Source: an uncultured Actinomycetes bacterium | GTDB lineage: Bacteria > Actinomycetota > UBA4738 > HRBIN12 | Direction of reading: 5' to 3' | NCBI GenBank assembly: GCA_963790335.1 | Contig: CAWBOB010000003.1 | Span: 223,191-287,190, forward strand | DNA length: 64,000 bases | Part shown: positions 33,248-43,546 of the stretch, one piece after another | How the letters are laid out: each line of letters starts with the position of its first letter | Position numbering within the stretch: the first letter of the stretch is position 1 | Position numbers and translations under genes: made by a program | Notes under the pieces: model-generated | Told to the model about the DNA's origin: nothing | What the model saw: only the letters and a program-made list of their open reading frames with translations | Database searches by the model: none

Positions 33248-33945
33248 TCGTCGTCGGCATCGACACCTCGACGCCACAGACCTCGGTCGCGATCGGCACC
33301 GAGAGCGAGATCCTGGCCGCCGTGTCGGTCGCTGGTGCCGCCCGGCAGGAGACGGTCACGCCGCTGCTGCAGGAGCTCATGCGTCGATGCGGTCTCACGC
33401 TCTCGCGGGTCGGCGGTGTCGCCGTCGGCGTCGGGCCCGGGTTGTTCACGGGTCTGCGGGTCGGGGTCGCCACAGCCAAGACGATCGCGCAGGTCGCCAA
33501 CGTTCCGCTCGTGGGTATCACCAGTCTCGATGCGCTCGCCTACGTCGTCCGTCACACGCCGCGGCGCATCGCTGCGGTGATCGACGCACGGCGAGGTGAG
33601 ATCTTCTCGGCGATCTATCGAGCGGTGCCGGGCGGCATCGTGCGGGAACGCGACTACGAGGTGCATGCCCCCGACCGGCTCGGAGCCGAGATCCAGGCGA
33701 TGTCGGGTGAGGTGTTGGCGGTCGGCAACGGTGCGATGCTGTACCGGCATGTGCTGGAAGAGATCGACAGTGGTGTCGAGTTCGCATCGCCCATCGCGGC
33801 GCACCCGAACGCTGCCGCGTTGGTCGAGCTGGCCGTGCCGAGGCTCATGCGAGAGGAGCACGACCGCTTGTACGACGTCGTACCGCTCTACCTGAGGAAG
33901 TCCGATGCTGAGATCGCGTGGGATCGGCGAACACGGGGCCTCTAG
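33244..33945 (+). CDS. tsaB: tRNA t6A37 biosynthesis protein TsaB
   Basis: MIVVGIDTSTPQTSVAIG...VGVGPGLFTGLRVGVATAKTIA; ATGA overlap with tsaE. Confidence 0.9.
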   Translation: MIVVGIDTSTPQTSVAIGTESEILAAVSVAGAARQETVTPLLQELMRRCGLTLSRVGGVAVGVGPGLFTGLRVGVATAKTIAQVANVPLVGITSLDALAYVVRHTPRRIAAVIDARRGEIFSAIYRAVPGGIVRERDYEVHAPDRLGAEIQAMSGEVLAVGNGAMLYRHVLEEIDSGVEFASPIAAHPNAAALVELAVPRLMREEHDRLYDVVPLYLRKSDAEIAWDRRTRGL

Positions 33946-34456
33946 GATCGAGATCGGGCGCATGCGCCGGCGTCATCTCCGTGGCGTCATGGCGATCGAG
34001 CGCCAGGTCTATTCGCGTCCTTGGAGCCCCAACCTGTTCATCGCGGAGATGTCGGAGCCGAGGGACCGTTGCTACCTGGTGGCTCGGTTCGACAAGACGA
34101 TCGTGGGGTACGCAGGATTGATCCGCTACGGAGACGAGGCCCATGTTACGAACATCGCGGTCGATCCGCAGCAGCATCGCTCAGGCATCGGCACGCGCCT
34201 GCTCCACGAGCTCGTGACGCAGGCGATCGAGATCGGCGGTCATGCGTTGTCGCTCGAGGTCCGGGTCACGAACTGGGGCGCACAGCGACTCTACGGGCGG
34301 TTCGGCTTCCGCCCGGTCGGCATCCGGCGCAACTACTACCAGGAGCTGCACGAGGATGCGCTGATCATGTGGACCGACGACATCAGGACCGAGCTCTACG
34401 CGAACCGGATGCGGACGATCGCGAACTCCATGGCGGGCCGGGTGTCGACTTCGTGA
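33905..34456 (+). CDS. rimI: Ribosomal-protein-alanine N-acetyltransferase
   Basis: GNAT motif [20 protein letters not shown]...RLYGRFGF; sits between tsaB and tsaD; 41-nt overlap with tsaB if ATG 33905 is used. Confidence 0.85.
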   Translation: MLRSRGIGEHGASRIEIGRMRRRHLRGVMAIERQVYSRPWSPNLFIAEMSEPRDRCYLVARFDKTIVGYAGLIRYGDEAHVTNIAVDPQQHRSGIGTRLLHELVTQAIEIGGHALSLEVRVTNWGAQRLYGRFGFRPVGIRRNYYQELHEDALIMWTDDIRTELYANRMRTIANSMAGRVSTS

Positions 34457-35461
34457 TCACGCTCGGCATCGAGACTTCCTGCGACGAGACCGCTGTCGCC
34501 GTCGTCGACGACGGCTACGCCGTGCGCGCCAACCTGATCGCCTCGCAGGTGTCGTTGCATGAACGGTTCGGGGGTGTCGTGCCCGAGGTCGCGGCACGGG
34601 CTCACGTGGAAGCGTTCAACCCCCTGCTCGAGGAGGCGCTCGCGCAGGCCGACGTCGGGTTCGGTGAGATCGACGCGGTGGCCGTCACGACGGGGCCAGG
34701 GCTCGCTGGAGCGTTGCTCGTGGGTCTGGCCGGTGCGAAGGCCATCGCGCTGGCGACCGGAGCCGACCTGGTCGGGGTGAACCACCTCGAGGGTCACTAC
34801 TGGGCCAACTTCCTCGAACACGGCCCACCGGAGCCGCCCGTACGTCGCCCTCATCGTGAGCGGCGGCCACACCATGCTCGTCCACGTGCCCGAGATGTTC
34901 CACCACGTGGTCATGGGCCAGACCCTCGACGACGCCGCCGGTGAGGCCTTCGACAAGGTCGCGAGGCTGCTCGGGCTCGGGTTCCCGGGTGGACCGGCGC
35001 TCGACGCGATGGCGCGCCAGGGCGATCCGCACGCGATCAGGTTCCCGAGGGCGATGGAGGATTCGGGCGATCACGACTTCTCGATGAGCGGTCTGAAGAC
35101 CGCCGTGCTGCGGCACGTGAAGGCCGCGCAGGCCGCCGGACAGGATCTGCATCTGCCGGACCTGGCGGCGAGCTTCCAGGAGGCGATCGTCGACGTGCAG
35201 GTGTCGAAGACGATCGGCGCGGCGAAGGAGGCCGCCGTCTCCACCGTGCTGCTCGGCGGGGGTGTGGTGGCCAACACGCGCCTGCGCGATCGCCTGGCCT
35301 CGGCCGGCGAGCATGCGGGTCTGAGGGTGCTGTTCCCGTCGATGCCCCTGTGCACCGACAACGCAGCGATGATCGCCTGCGTCGGGGCGGCACGCTGGGC
35401 GCGTGGAGACCGGGCCTCACTCGACGTCGCTGCCGATCCGCAACTCGGGCTGAGCGCGTGA
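34453..35461 (+). pseudogene. tsaD: tRNA N6-adenosine threonylcarbamoyltransferase TsaD, one extra nt at about 34838-34840 (probably a sequence error)
   Basis: [18 protein letters not shown]...[22 protein letters not shown] reads in frame 1. [16 protein letters not shown]...[16 protein letters not shown]...CTDNAAMIA reads in frame 2 from 34841. Confidence 0.9.
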
Positions 35462-36402
35462 GCACGATCCTGGTGACCGGAGGCGCCGGGTTCATCGGCT
35501 CGCACCTCGCGGATCGACTGCTCGCCGAAGGCCACCGCGTGATCAGCGTGGACGACCTCGCGACCGGCCGCATCGCCAACCTCGTCGACGCCCGTGGCTA
35601 CGGCAAGGAGTTCACGTTCTTCAACATGGACGTGCGCGCCGACGGGCTGCTGCCGTTGTTCGAGCGGCATCGTCCCGAGGTCGTGTTCCACCTCGCCGCC
35701 CAGTCAGGGGTCCGCCCCTCGCTCGATGATCCGGTGCTCGACGCCTCGGTCAACATCATGGGCACGCTCAACGTGCTGGAGTGCGCGGTGCGGGCGGGAG
35801 CGCGCAAGGTGGTGTACGCAGCGAGCGGGGGCACGATCTACGGTGAACCCAAGCGCCTGCCTACCAAGGAGTCGGGCGCGCAGGGTTCGCGTCCGCTCAG
35901 CCCCTACGGCGTCTCCAAGAAGGTCGTGCTCGACTACCTCGGCTTCTACCAGCGGTTCCGCGGGCTCGATCACACGGCCCTGGCACTCGGCAACGTGTAC
36001 GGGCCTCGGCAGGATCCTCACGGCGAGGCGGGCGTGATCGCGATCTTCGCGTCGAGGATGCTGGCCCGTGAGCCCGTGACGATCTTCGGCGACGGGAATC
36101 AGACGCGCGACTACGTCTTCATCGACGACGTGGTCCATGCCTTCGTGCAGGCGATCGATCGCGGGTCGGGCAAGCTCGTGAACGTCGGGACCGGTCTGGA
36201 GACGAGCGTGAACCACCTCTTCCGACTGCTGGCCGAGATCGTCGGCTACGAGGAAGAACCGGCCTCCGCGGCGTTGCCATCGGGGGAGCTCCGGCGCAGC
36301 GCGCTCGACATCTCGGCAGCCTCGAGCGCCATCGCGTGGAAGCCGTGGACCCATCTCGAGGACGGTCTCGCCGAGACCGTCGCCTATCTCAAGGGGGTCT
36401 GA
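35458..36402 (+). CDS. NAD-dependent epimerase/dehydratase (UDP-glucose 4-epimerase family)
   Basis: VSTILVTGGAGFIGSHL...SPYGVSK (YxxxK)...; GTGA overlap with tsaD. Confidence 0.85.
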   Translation: MSTILVTGGAGFIGSHLADRLLAEGHRVISVDDLATGRIANLVDARGYGKEFTFFNMDVRADGLLPLFERHRPEVVFHLAAQSGVRPSLDDPVLDASVNIMGTLNVLECAVRAGARKVVYAASGGTIYGEPKRLPTKESGAQGSRPLSPYGVSKKVVLDYLGFYQRFRGLDHTALALGNVYGPRQDPHGEAGVIAIFASRMLAREPVTIFGDGNQTRDYVFIDDVVHAFVQAIDRGSGKLVNVGTGLETSVNHLFRLLAEIVGYEEEPASAALPSGELRRSALDISAASSAIAWKPWTHLEDGLAETVAYLKGV

Positions 36403-36423
36403 CGTGCCCGCGAACGGCTCCCC

Positions 36424-36840
36424 GTGTCGTCCCCGGGTCGCCTGACGTCGATGGAACCGACCCCGCAGCCCGAGGTCGCCGGCGCCATGGTCTGGCGTGC
36501 CCTCGAGGTGCCGCTCGCCGTCGGCGACCTCGATCGGTCGCAGATCCTCGCCGGCGAACCGGCGATCACGGAGACGATCCTGTCGGAGTCGGCCGACGGG
36601 CGGGTGGTGCGCGGCATCTGGCGCATCACCGAGGGAACGGTGACCGACGTCGAGCAGGACGAGATGTTCGTCGTCCTGGAGGGCCGCGCCACGATCGAGG
36701 TGCGAGGGGGACCGACCATCACCGTCGGTCCCGGCGACGTCTGCACGCTCCGACGGGGCGCTCGCACGACATGGACGGTGCACGAAGCGTTGCGGAAGGT
36801 CTTCCAGATCACGCTGCCCGCCGACGCGTCGCGCACCTGA
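36424..36840 (+). CDS. Cupin-domain protein (cupin_3/DUF861-like)
   Basis: 138 aa, ...RGIWRITEGTVTDVEQDEMFVVLEGRATIEV.GG.TITVGPGDVCTL..G..TTWTV; the start may be ATG 36451. Confidence 0.65.
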   Translation: MSSPGRLTSMEPTPQPEVAGAMVWRALEVPLAVGDLDRSQILAGEPAITETILSESADGRVVRGIWRITEGTVTDVEQDEMFVVLEGRATIEVRGGPTITVGPGDVCTLRRGARTTWTVHEALRKVFQITLPADASRT

Positions 36841-37159
36841 CCGTCAGGGTCCATCCCGCTGGCCGTGCCAGCCCCTGAGTGTCTGCACCGTGGTCCGGCG
36901 CGGAACGACGCGGGACGCAGGGGCCTCTGGCTGCGTATGCTCGCTGGCACGGGCCTGAGCGCTTCGATCGGGGAGACCCGCGTTCGTCGATCGCCTGAAA
37001 CCGCCCGAAGGGTCTAATACCGTTGCCGTAGCCAAGGGTTCCGGGTTCGGGTACAACGGACGCAAGCGACGCCCGGGGTCCGCCCCACCGAGCGCGAAAG
37101 ACCGGTGGCGTCCCGATCGCCCACCCCGGGGATCGGGTTCGAACGAAAGGAAGCGAGCG
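36841..37159 (+). other. Long (about 320 nt) GC-rich, hairpin-dense non-coding leader upstream of the GME-like epimerase
   Basis: No convincing ORF here. Nested stems include GTGCCAGC(36865-72)/GCTGGCAC(36943-50) enclosing GCCCCTG/CAGGGGC; CCGTTG/CAACGG; CCACCG/CGGTGG; and CCCGATC(37112-18)/GATCGGG(37131-37). No known RNA family recognised. Confidence 0.3.
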
Positions 37160-38146
37160 ATGCAGAAGCGTGCGGTCGTCGGCGGGGCCGGCGGATTCAT
37201 CGGACACCACATGGTCCGATACCTCAAGGACAAGGGCTACTGGGTCCGCGGCGTCGACATCAAGGAGCCCGAGTACGAGCCCTCGGCAGCCGATGAGTTC
37301 CTGGTGCTCGACCTTCGCGAGTGGGAGAACTGCCTGGCCGCCACGGCCGATGTCGAGGAGGTCTACCAGCTCGCCGCCGACATGGGCGGCATCGGCTACA
37401 TCACCGGCAACCGGGTCGAGATCGCCCGCAACAACGTGCTGATCAACGCCCACATGCTCGAGGCGGCGTACCAGAACGGGGTCACGCGCCACTTCTACTC
37501 GTCCAGCGCATGCATCTACCCGATGTACAAGCAGCACGACCCGGACGTCACGCCGCTCAAGGAGGAGGACGCCTACCCGGCCGATCCCGAGGAAGGCTAC
37601 GGCTGGGAGAAGCTTTACTCCGAGAAGCTGTGTCAGTACTACCAGGAGGAGGGCAAGCTCGAGACGCGGGTGGCCCGCTTCCACAACATCTACGGTCCCC
37701 TGGGCACCTACGAGGGTGGCCGTGAGAAGGCGCCAGCCGCGATCAGCCGGAAGGTCGCGCTCTCGGTCGACGGCGACGACATCGAGATCTGGGGTGATGG
37801 TCAGCAGACCCGGTCGTTCACCTACGTCGACGACTGCGTCGAGGGCATCTTCCGCATCGCGCAGAGCGATCACTGGGAGCCGTTGAACCTGGGCTCGGAC
37901 CGCCTCGTCACGATCGATCAGCTGGTCGATCTGGTCAGCAACGTGGCCGGCAAGACGCTCGTGAAGCAGCACGACCTCGACAAGCCGCAGGGGGTGCGAG
38001 GTCGCAACTCCGACAACGACCGGTGCAAGGCCGCACTCGGATGGTCGCCGGAGGTCACCCTCGAAGACGGCCTGAAGGAGACCTACGCCTGGATCGAGGG
38101 CCAGCTCGACGCTGCGGGCCGGCTGCCGGTGAAGGCGGCCAGCTAG
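37160..38146 (+). CDS. GDP-mannose 3,5-epimerase-like NAD-dependent epimerase
   Basis: 328 aa with long blocks resembling plant GME: VGGAGGFIGHH, LAADMGG.G.I, SSACIYP, YGWEKL, RFHNIYGP.GT..GGREKAPAA..RK, WGDG.QTRSF..VDDCVEG, GVRGRNSDN. Confidence 0.8.
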   Translation: MQKRAVVGGAGGFIGHHMVRYLKDKGYWVRGVDIKEPEYEPSAADEFLVLDLREWENCLAATADVEEVYQLAADMGGIGYITGNRVEIARNNVLINAHMLEAAYQNGVTRHFYSSSACIYPMYKQHDPDVTPLKEEDAYPADPEEGYGWEKLYSEKLCQYYQEEGKLETRVARFHNIYGPLGTYEGGREKAPAAISRKVALSVDGDDIEIWGDGQQTRSFTYVDDCVEGIFRIAQSDHWEPLNLGSDRLVTIDQLVDLVSNVAGKTLVKQHDLDKPQGVRGRNSDNDRCKAALGWSPEVTLEDGLKETYAWIEGQLDAAGRLPVKAAS

Positions 38147-38174
38147 CGCCCGATCCCGTCGCTCCACCGAAGGC

Positions 38175-38202
38175 CGAAGGGTCCCCGTCAGGGGGCCCTT
38201 CG
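38175..38202 (+). terminator. Hairpin downstream of the GME-like gene
   Basis: CGAAGGGTCCCC-GTCA-GGGGGCCCTTCG, 12-bp stem with one G-U pair. Confidence 0.5.
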
Positions 38203-38244
38203 CGCGTTCGGCCTCCGGCGCTCGTTCCGCCGTGCCATGCCACG

Positions 38245-38274
38245 TTGACCCCCTGGCACTCTCATGGCTATCCT
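38245..38274 (+). promoter_or_regulatory. Candidate groESL promoter
   Basis: TTGACC-N18-TATCCT ending 2 nt before the CIRCE element. Confidence 0.5.
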
Positions 38275-38275
38275 G

Positions 38276-38302
38276 TTAGCACTCACCCCACGTGAGTGCT
38301 AA
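38276..38302 (+). promoter_or_regulatory. CIRCE element (HrcA operator)
   Basis: TTAGCACTC-N9-GAGTGCTAA, a perfect match to the CIRCE consensus, 45 nt upstream of the groES ATG. Confidence 0.92.
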
Positions 38303-38346
38303 CCGGCAGGGAACGATCCACCGACCGCAAGGAGGAGCAGAGCATC

Positions 38347-38649
38347 ATGGCGGACTTCAAGCTGAAGCCCCTCGACGATCGCATCATCGTGCAGGCGAAC
38401 GAGGGTGACCAGACCACCGCGTCGGGCCTGGTCATCCCCGACACCGCCAAGGAGAAGCCCCAGGAGGGCACCGTTGTCGCGGTCGGTCCGGGACGGTTCA
38501 ACGAGGACGGCGACGAGCGCGTGCCGATGGACGTCGCCACCGGCGACACGGTCATCTACTCGAAGTACGGCGGCACCGAGGTCAAGGTCGAGGGCGAGGA
38601 CTACCTCATCCTGTCCGCGCGCGACGTGCTCGCCGTGGTCTCCAGGTAA
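38347..38649 (+). CDS. groES: Co-chaperonin GroES
   Basis: [49 protein letters not shown]; AAGGAGGAG SD; listed ORF start 38296 lies inside CIRCE. Confidence 0.96.
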   Translation: MADFKLKPLDDRIIVQANEGDQTTASGLVIPDTAKEKPQEGTVVAVGPGRFNEDGDERVPMDVATGDTVIYSKYGGTEVKVEGEDYLILSARDVLAVVSR

Positions 38650-40341
<1,692 letters not shown>

Positions 40342-40374
40342 CGCGATCCCGTCGGTCGGATCGACCGCACCGTG

Positions 40375-40405
40375 CTGAGGGGCGGGCCTTCGGCCCGCCC
40401 CTCAG
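40375..40405 (+). terminator. Strong GC hairpin after groEL
   Basis: CTGAGGGGCGGGC-CTTCG-GCCCGCCCCTCAG, 13-bp perfect stem, 33 nt after the stop. Confidence 0.7.
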
Positions 40406-40462
40406 CGTCGGGGTCGCCGTCACGGGGCTCGCCCGCGACGCGCGGGCGAGCCTAGACTCCAG

Positions 40463-41522
40463 GTGATGCTGGAGCGATCGTTCCGAGACTGGGACGGCGA
40501 GCACGTCGTCGTCCGGTATGACCGGCCGTCGGGAACGTGGATGCTCATCGGTGTGCACTCGACGGTGCTCGGTCCGGCGGTCGGCGGTACCCGCATGAAG
40601 GAGTACCCATCGGTCGAGGACGCGTTCGCCGACGTCCTGCGGCTGTCGCAGGCCATGACCATGAAGCAGTCAGCGGCCGGCCTCGATCTCGGGGGCGGGA
40701 AGGCGGTCCTCGCCGTGCCGAGGGTGCCGGAACCGGGTTCCCGCGAGCGGCGCGATCTGCTCCTGCGGTACGGGGAGCTGGTCGAGTCGATGGACGGGAG
40801 ATACGTGACCGCCGCCGACATCAACACCGGCGAGGACGATCTCGACATCGTCGGCGAACGGACTGATCACGTGTTGGGTCGGTCCGTGGCCTGCGGGGGC
40901 TCGGGCAGTTCGGCCGGTGCGACCGCGACCGGCGTGTTCCACGGCATCCTGGCGACCTCGCGCGCGGTCTTCGGCGACGACGACATGGCCGATCGGTGCG
41001 TGCTGGTCCAAGGGGTGGGAGCCGTCGGTGCTCGGCTGGCCGAGCTCCTGCGTGACGCGGGCGCACGGCTGATCCTGGCCGATCTCGACGACGTTCGTGC
41101 CGGCGAGTCTCGCGCGGCAACTGGGTGCGTCGGCGATCGCAGCCCACCGGGTGTTCGACACGGAGTGCGATGTGTTCGCTCCGTGCGCGACGGGCGGCGT
41201 GCTCTCGGCGGAGACGATCCCGCTGCTGCGCTGCCGCATCGTTGCCGGTGCGGCGAACAACCAGCTCGCCACGCCGTGGGACGCCGACCGGCTCCACGCC
41301 AGAGGCATCCTCTACGCGCCCGACTACGTGATCAACGCCGGCGGCGTGATCCACCTGGTGGGCTCTGAACGCCTCGGGTGGAGCCAGGACCGGATGAACT
41401 CGAGGCTCGAAGCCATCGGCGACACGCTCACCGAGATCTACGTGCGCGCCGCGGGCGAGGGCACGACGCCTGCCGCCACCGCCGACCGGCTCGCGAGGGA
41501 ACGCATCGCCGCGGCGGTGTGA
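40463..41522 (+). pseudogene. Leu/Phe/Val dehydrogenase family (Glu/Leu/Phe/Val DH), one extra nt at about 41100
   Basis: ...GPAVGGTRM.EY...MTMKQSAAGLDLGGGKAVL...VQGVGAVGARLAELL reads in frame 2 up to ILADLDDVRA. ASLARQLGASAI...CDVFAPCATGGVL...IVAGAANNQL... reads in frame 0 (listed ORF 41097-41522). Confidence 0.82.
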
Positions 41523-41534
41523 ACCGGGGCCGCC

Positions 41535-41933
41535 TCAGACCAGTGGCTTCTCCTGGCCCGCGATGCCCATGCCCGTCAGGAGCCCAGCGCCGAAGCCTCC
41601 GTTGACGGCGGCGAGCATCCAGAAGGGCCAGACGGGAGCGCCTTGGGGCACGTCGAAGAGGGCGTTGAGGGCGAACACCGTGGCGGTGCCGGCCTCGAGC
41701 AGCGCGAACGCCCACGACCACCACCAGAGATCGTCGATCTTCTGCGCCACCAGCACCATCAGCAGGGCGAGCACGAAGCCCATCACGGCTGCCGCTCGCA
41801 CCCACACGTGGTCGCCGAGCGCCGGCTGGCCGAACACGTCTTCGAGCACCCATCGAGGCACGAGACCGACGGCGAGGCTCCAGACGACCCACAAGCCGGC
41901 CTGGATCTTCAGCAGCCGTCGCAGAAGCTTCAC
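41535..41933 (-). CDS. Small integral membrane protein (about 4 TM)
   Basis: GTG 41933 follows GAGGGGAGG: VKLLRRLLKIQAGLWVVWSLAV...WWWSWAFALLEAG...VWPFWMLAAVNGGFGAGLL. The listed ORF extends further upstream without support. Confidence 0.6.
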   Translation of the reverse strand: MKLLRRLLKIQAGLWVVWSLAVGLVPRWVLEDVFGQPALGDHVWVRAAAVMGFVLALLMVLVAQKIDDLWWWSWAFALLEAGTATVFALNALFDVPQGAPVWPFWMLAAVNGGFGAGLLTGMGIAGQEKPLV

Positions 41934-42078
41934 GGATCGCCTCCCCTCAGCCGGTGGGCCGGGTTTCGGCCGATTGGTAGGATACGCACACCGCAGCGCC
42001 ACCCGTCGCGTCAGCGCGTCGGTGGGCACGCGCATCGAGGCCCGGCGCATCGTTCCCGATCCAGCGAGAGGAATCAGC

Positions 42079-42152
42079 ATGCAGCAAGCGCTCAAGGACC
42101 GGAGGGGTAGCGCATGAGGAAAGCGCTCAAGGACCGGAGGGGTAGCGCATGA
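42079..42152 (+). repeat. Tandem 35-nt duplication of the SD/start region, creating two cascaded 12-codon mini-ORFs
   Basis: AAGCGCTCAAGGACCGGAGGGGTAGCGCATGA occurs at 42086-42117 and again at 42121-42152. ATG 42079 gives MQQALKDRRGSA* and ATG 42114 gives MRKALKDRRGSA*. Each TGA overlaps the next ATG (ATGA), and the last ATG (42149) starts the phosphodiesterase gene. Confidence 0.9.
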
Positions 42153-43546
42153 CCGACGGTCCCAGGGTGGCGATCATCGGCCTCGACTGCGGCGCTCCCC
42201 AGCTCCTCTTCGAAGATCTCGCCGACGAGGTGCCGAACCTGCGGAAGATCTTCGCCAACGGCATGTACGGCGATCTCGCGAGCATCACCCCGCCGATCAC
42301 CGTTCCCGCATGGGCGTGCGCGATGACGGGCAAGACGCCCGGCCAGCTCGGCATCTACGGGTTCCGCAACCGCAAGGACACGAGCTACGACGGGCTGCAG
42401 GTGGCCACGTCGCTCTCCGTGAAGGAGCCGGCGGTCTGGGATTCGCTGGGCGCGGCGGGCAAGCGCTCGCTGCTCATCGGCGTCCCGCCCGGATTCCCGC
42501 CCCCGAAGGAGTTCCCGGGGTGGCGGGTGGCCTGCTTCCTCACACCCCCGAGCGCCGAGCGATACGCGTTCCCCGCCGAGCTCGAGACCGAGATCGAAGA
42601 CGAGCTGGGCGAGGACGACTACATCTTCGACATCCCGAACTTCCGCCAGCAGGGCGCCGATTTCGTGATGGATCAGATCTTCAAGATGACCGAGCGCCGC
42701 TTCAAGGTCGCGCGCCGGCTGCTCAAGACCAAGCCATGGGACTTCTTCATGATGGTCGAGATGGGCCTCGACCGGCTCCACCACTGCTTCTGGCAGTTCT
42801 ACGATCCACGCCACCCCCTCTACGAGCCGGGCAACAAGTACGAATCCGTCTTCCACGACTACTACCGCTACCTCGACAAGGAGATCGGCACGATCCTCGA
42901 GGTGCTGCCCGAAGATGTGGTCACCATCGCGATGAGCGACCACGGCGCCCGGCCGATGATGGGTGGACTCTGCTTCAACGACTGGCTGATCCAGGAGGGC
43001 TACCTGGTGCTCGCCGACCCGGTGCGCGAGCTCACGCCGATCGCGAAGGCCGACATCGACTGGAGTCGCACGGTGGCGTGGGGCGATGGAGGCTACTACG
43101 GGCGGTGCTTCCTCAACGTGAAGGGACGGGAGCCGAAGGGCATCGTCGAGCCCGCGGGGTACGAGGCGTTGCGCAACGAGATCATCACGAAGCTCGAAGC
43201 GCTTCCGGGGCCCGACGGCGCGCCCATGGGCACCAAGGTGCACAAGCCGCAGGACGTCTATCCCGAGGTCCGCGGTGTCGCGCCGGACCTGATCGTGTAC
43301 TTCGGCGATCTCGACTGGCGCTCGGTGGGCGCGGTCGGCAACAGCAGCATCTACACCTTCGAGAACGACACGGGAACCGACGGCGCCAACCACGATCGCA
43401 CCGCGTTCTTCTCGATGGTCAACCTGCCGGGCCAGGCCAAGGGACGGATCGAGGGCATGAACCTCGTCGATGTCGGCCCTTCGGTGCTGTCCCTCTACGA
43501 CATCGAGGCGCCGGCCGGCGCCGCCGGAAGGAGCTTCCTGCAGTGA
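42149..43546 (+). CDS. Alkaline-phosphatase-superfamily type I phosphodiesterase / nucleotide pyrophosphatase family protein
   Basis: 465 aa, VAIIGLDCGAP...ITPPITVPAWACAMTGKTPGQLG...IAMSDHGARPM...DGANHD: metal-ligand and nucleophile contexts typical of the NPP family. Confidence 0.75.
   Translation: MTDGPRVAIIGLDCGAPQLLFEDLADEVPNLRKIFANGMYGDLASITPPITVPAWACAMTGKTPGQLGIYGFRNRKDTSYDGLQVATSLSVKEPAVWDSLGAAGKRSLLIGVPPGFPPPKEFPGWRVACFLTPPSAERYAFPAELETEIEDELGEDDYIFDIPNFRQQGADFVMDQIFKMTERRFKVARRLLKTKPWDFFMMVEMGLDRLHHCFWQFYDPRHPLYEPGNKYESVFHDYYRYLDKEIGTILEVLPEDVVTIAMSDHGARPMMGGLCFNDWLIQEGYLVLADPVRELTPIAKADIDWSRTVAWGDGGYYGRCFLNVKGREPKGIVEPAGYEALRNEIITKLEALPGPDGAPMGTKVHKPQDVYPEVRGVAPDLIVYFGDLDWRSVGAVGNSSIYTFENDTGTDGANHDRTAFFSMVNLPGQAKGRIEGMNLVDVGPSVLSLYDIEAPAGAAGRSFLQ

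Noticed and set aside
36961-37060. ydaO/c-di-AMP riboswitch-like strings (GGGGAGACCC, CCGAAGGGUCUAAUACCG)
   Set aside because: Only short, loosely similar segments are present. The characteristic pseudo-symmetric architecture and the ACGGGG/GAAUC boxes were not found, and the downstream gene type is atypical. It is left as an unassigned structured leader.
37136-37143. GGTTCGAA T-loop-like motif suggesting a tRNA in the 36.8-37.2 kb gap
   Set aside because: The flanking sequence cannot be folded into an acceptor, D or anticodon arm arrangement, and the motif sits 17 nt before the epimerase SD. I saw no tRNA or rRNA anywhere in the window.
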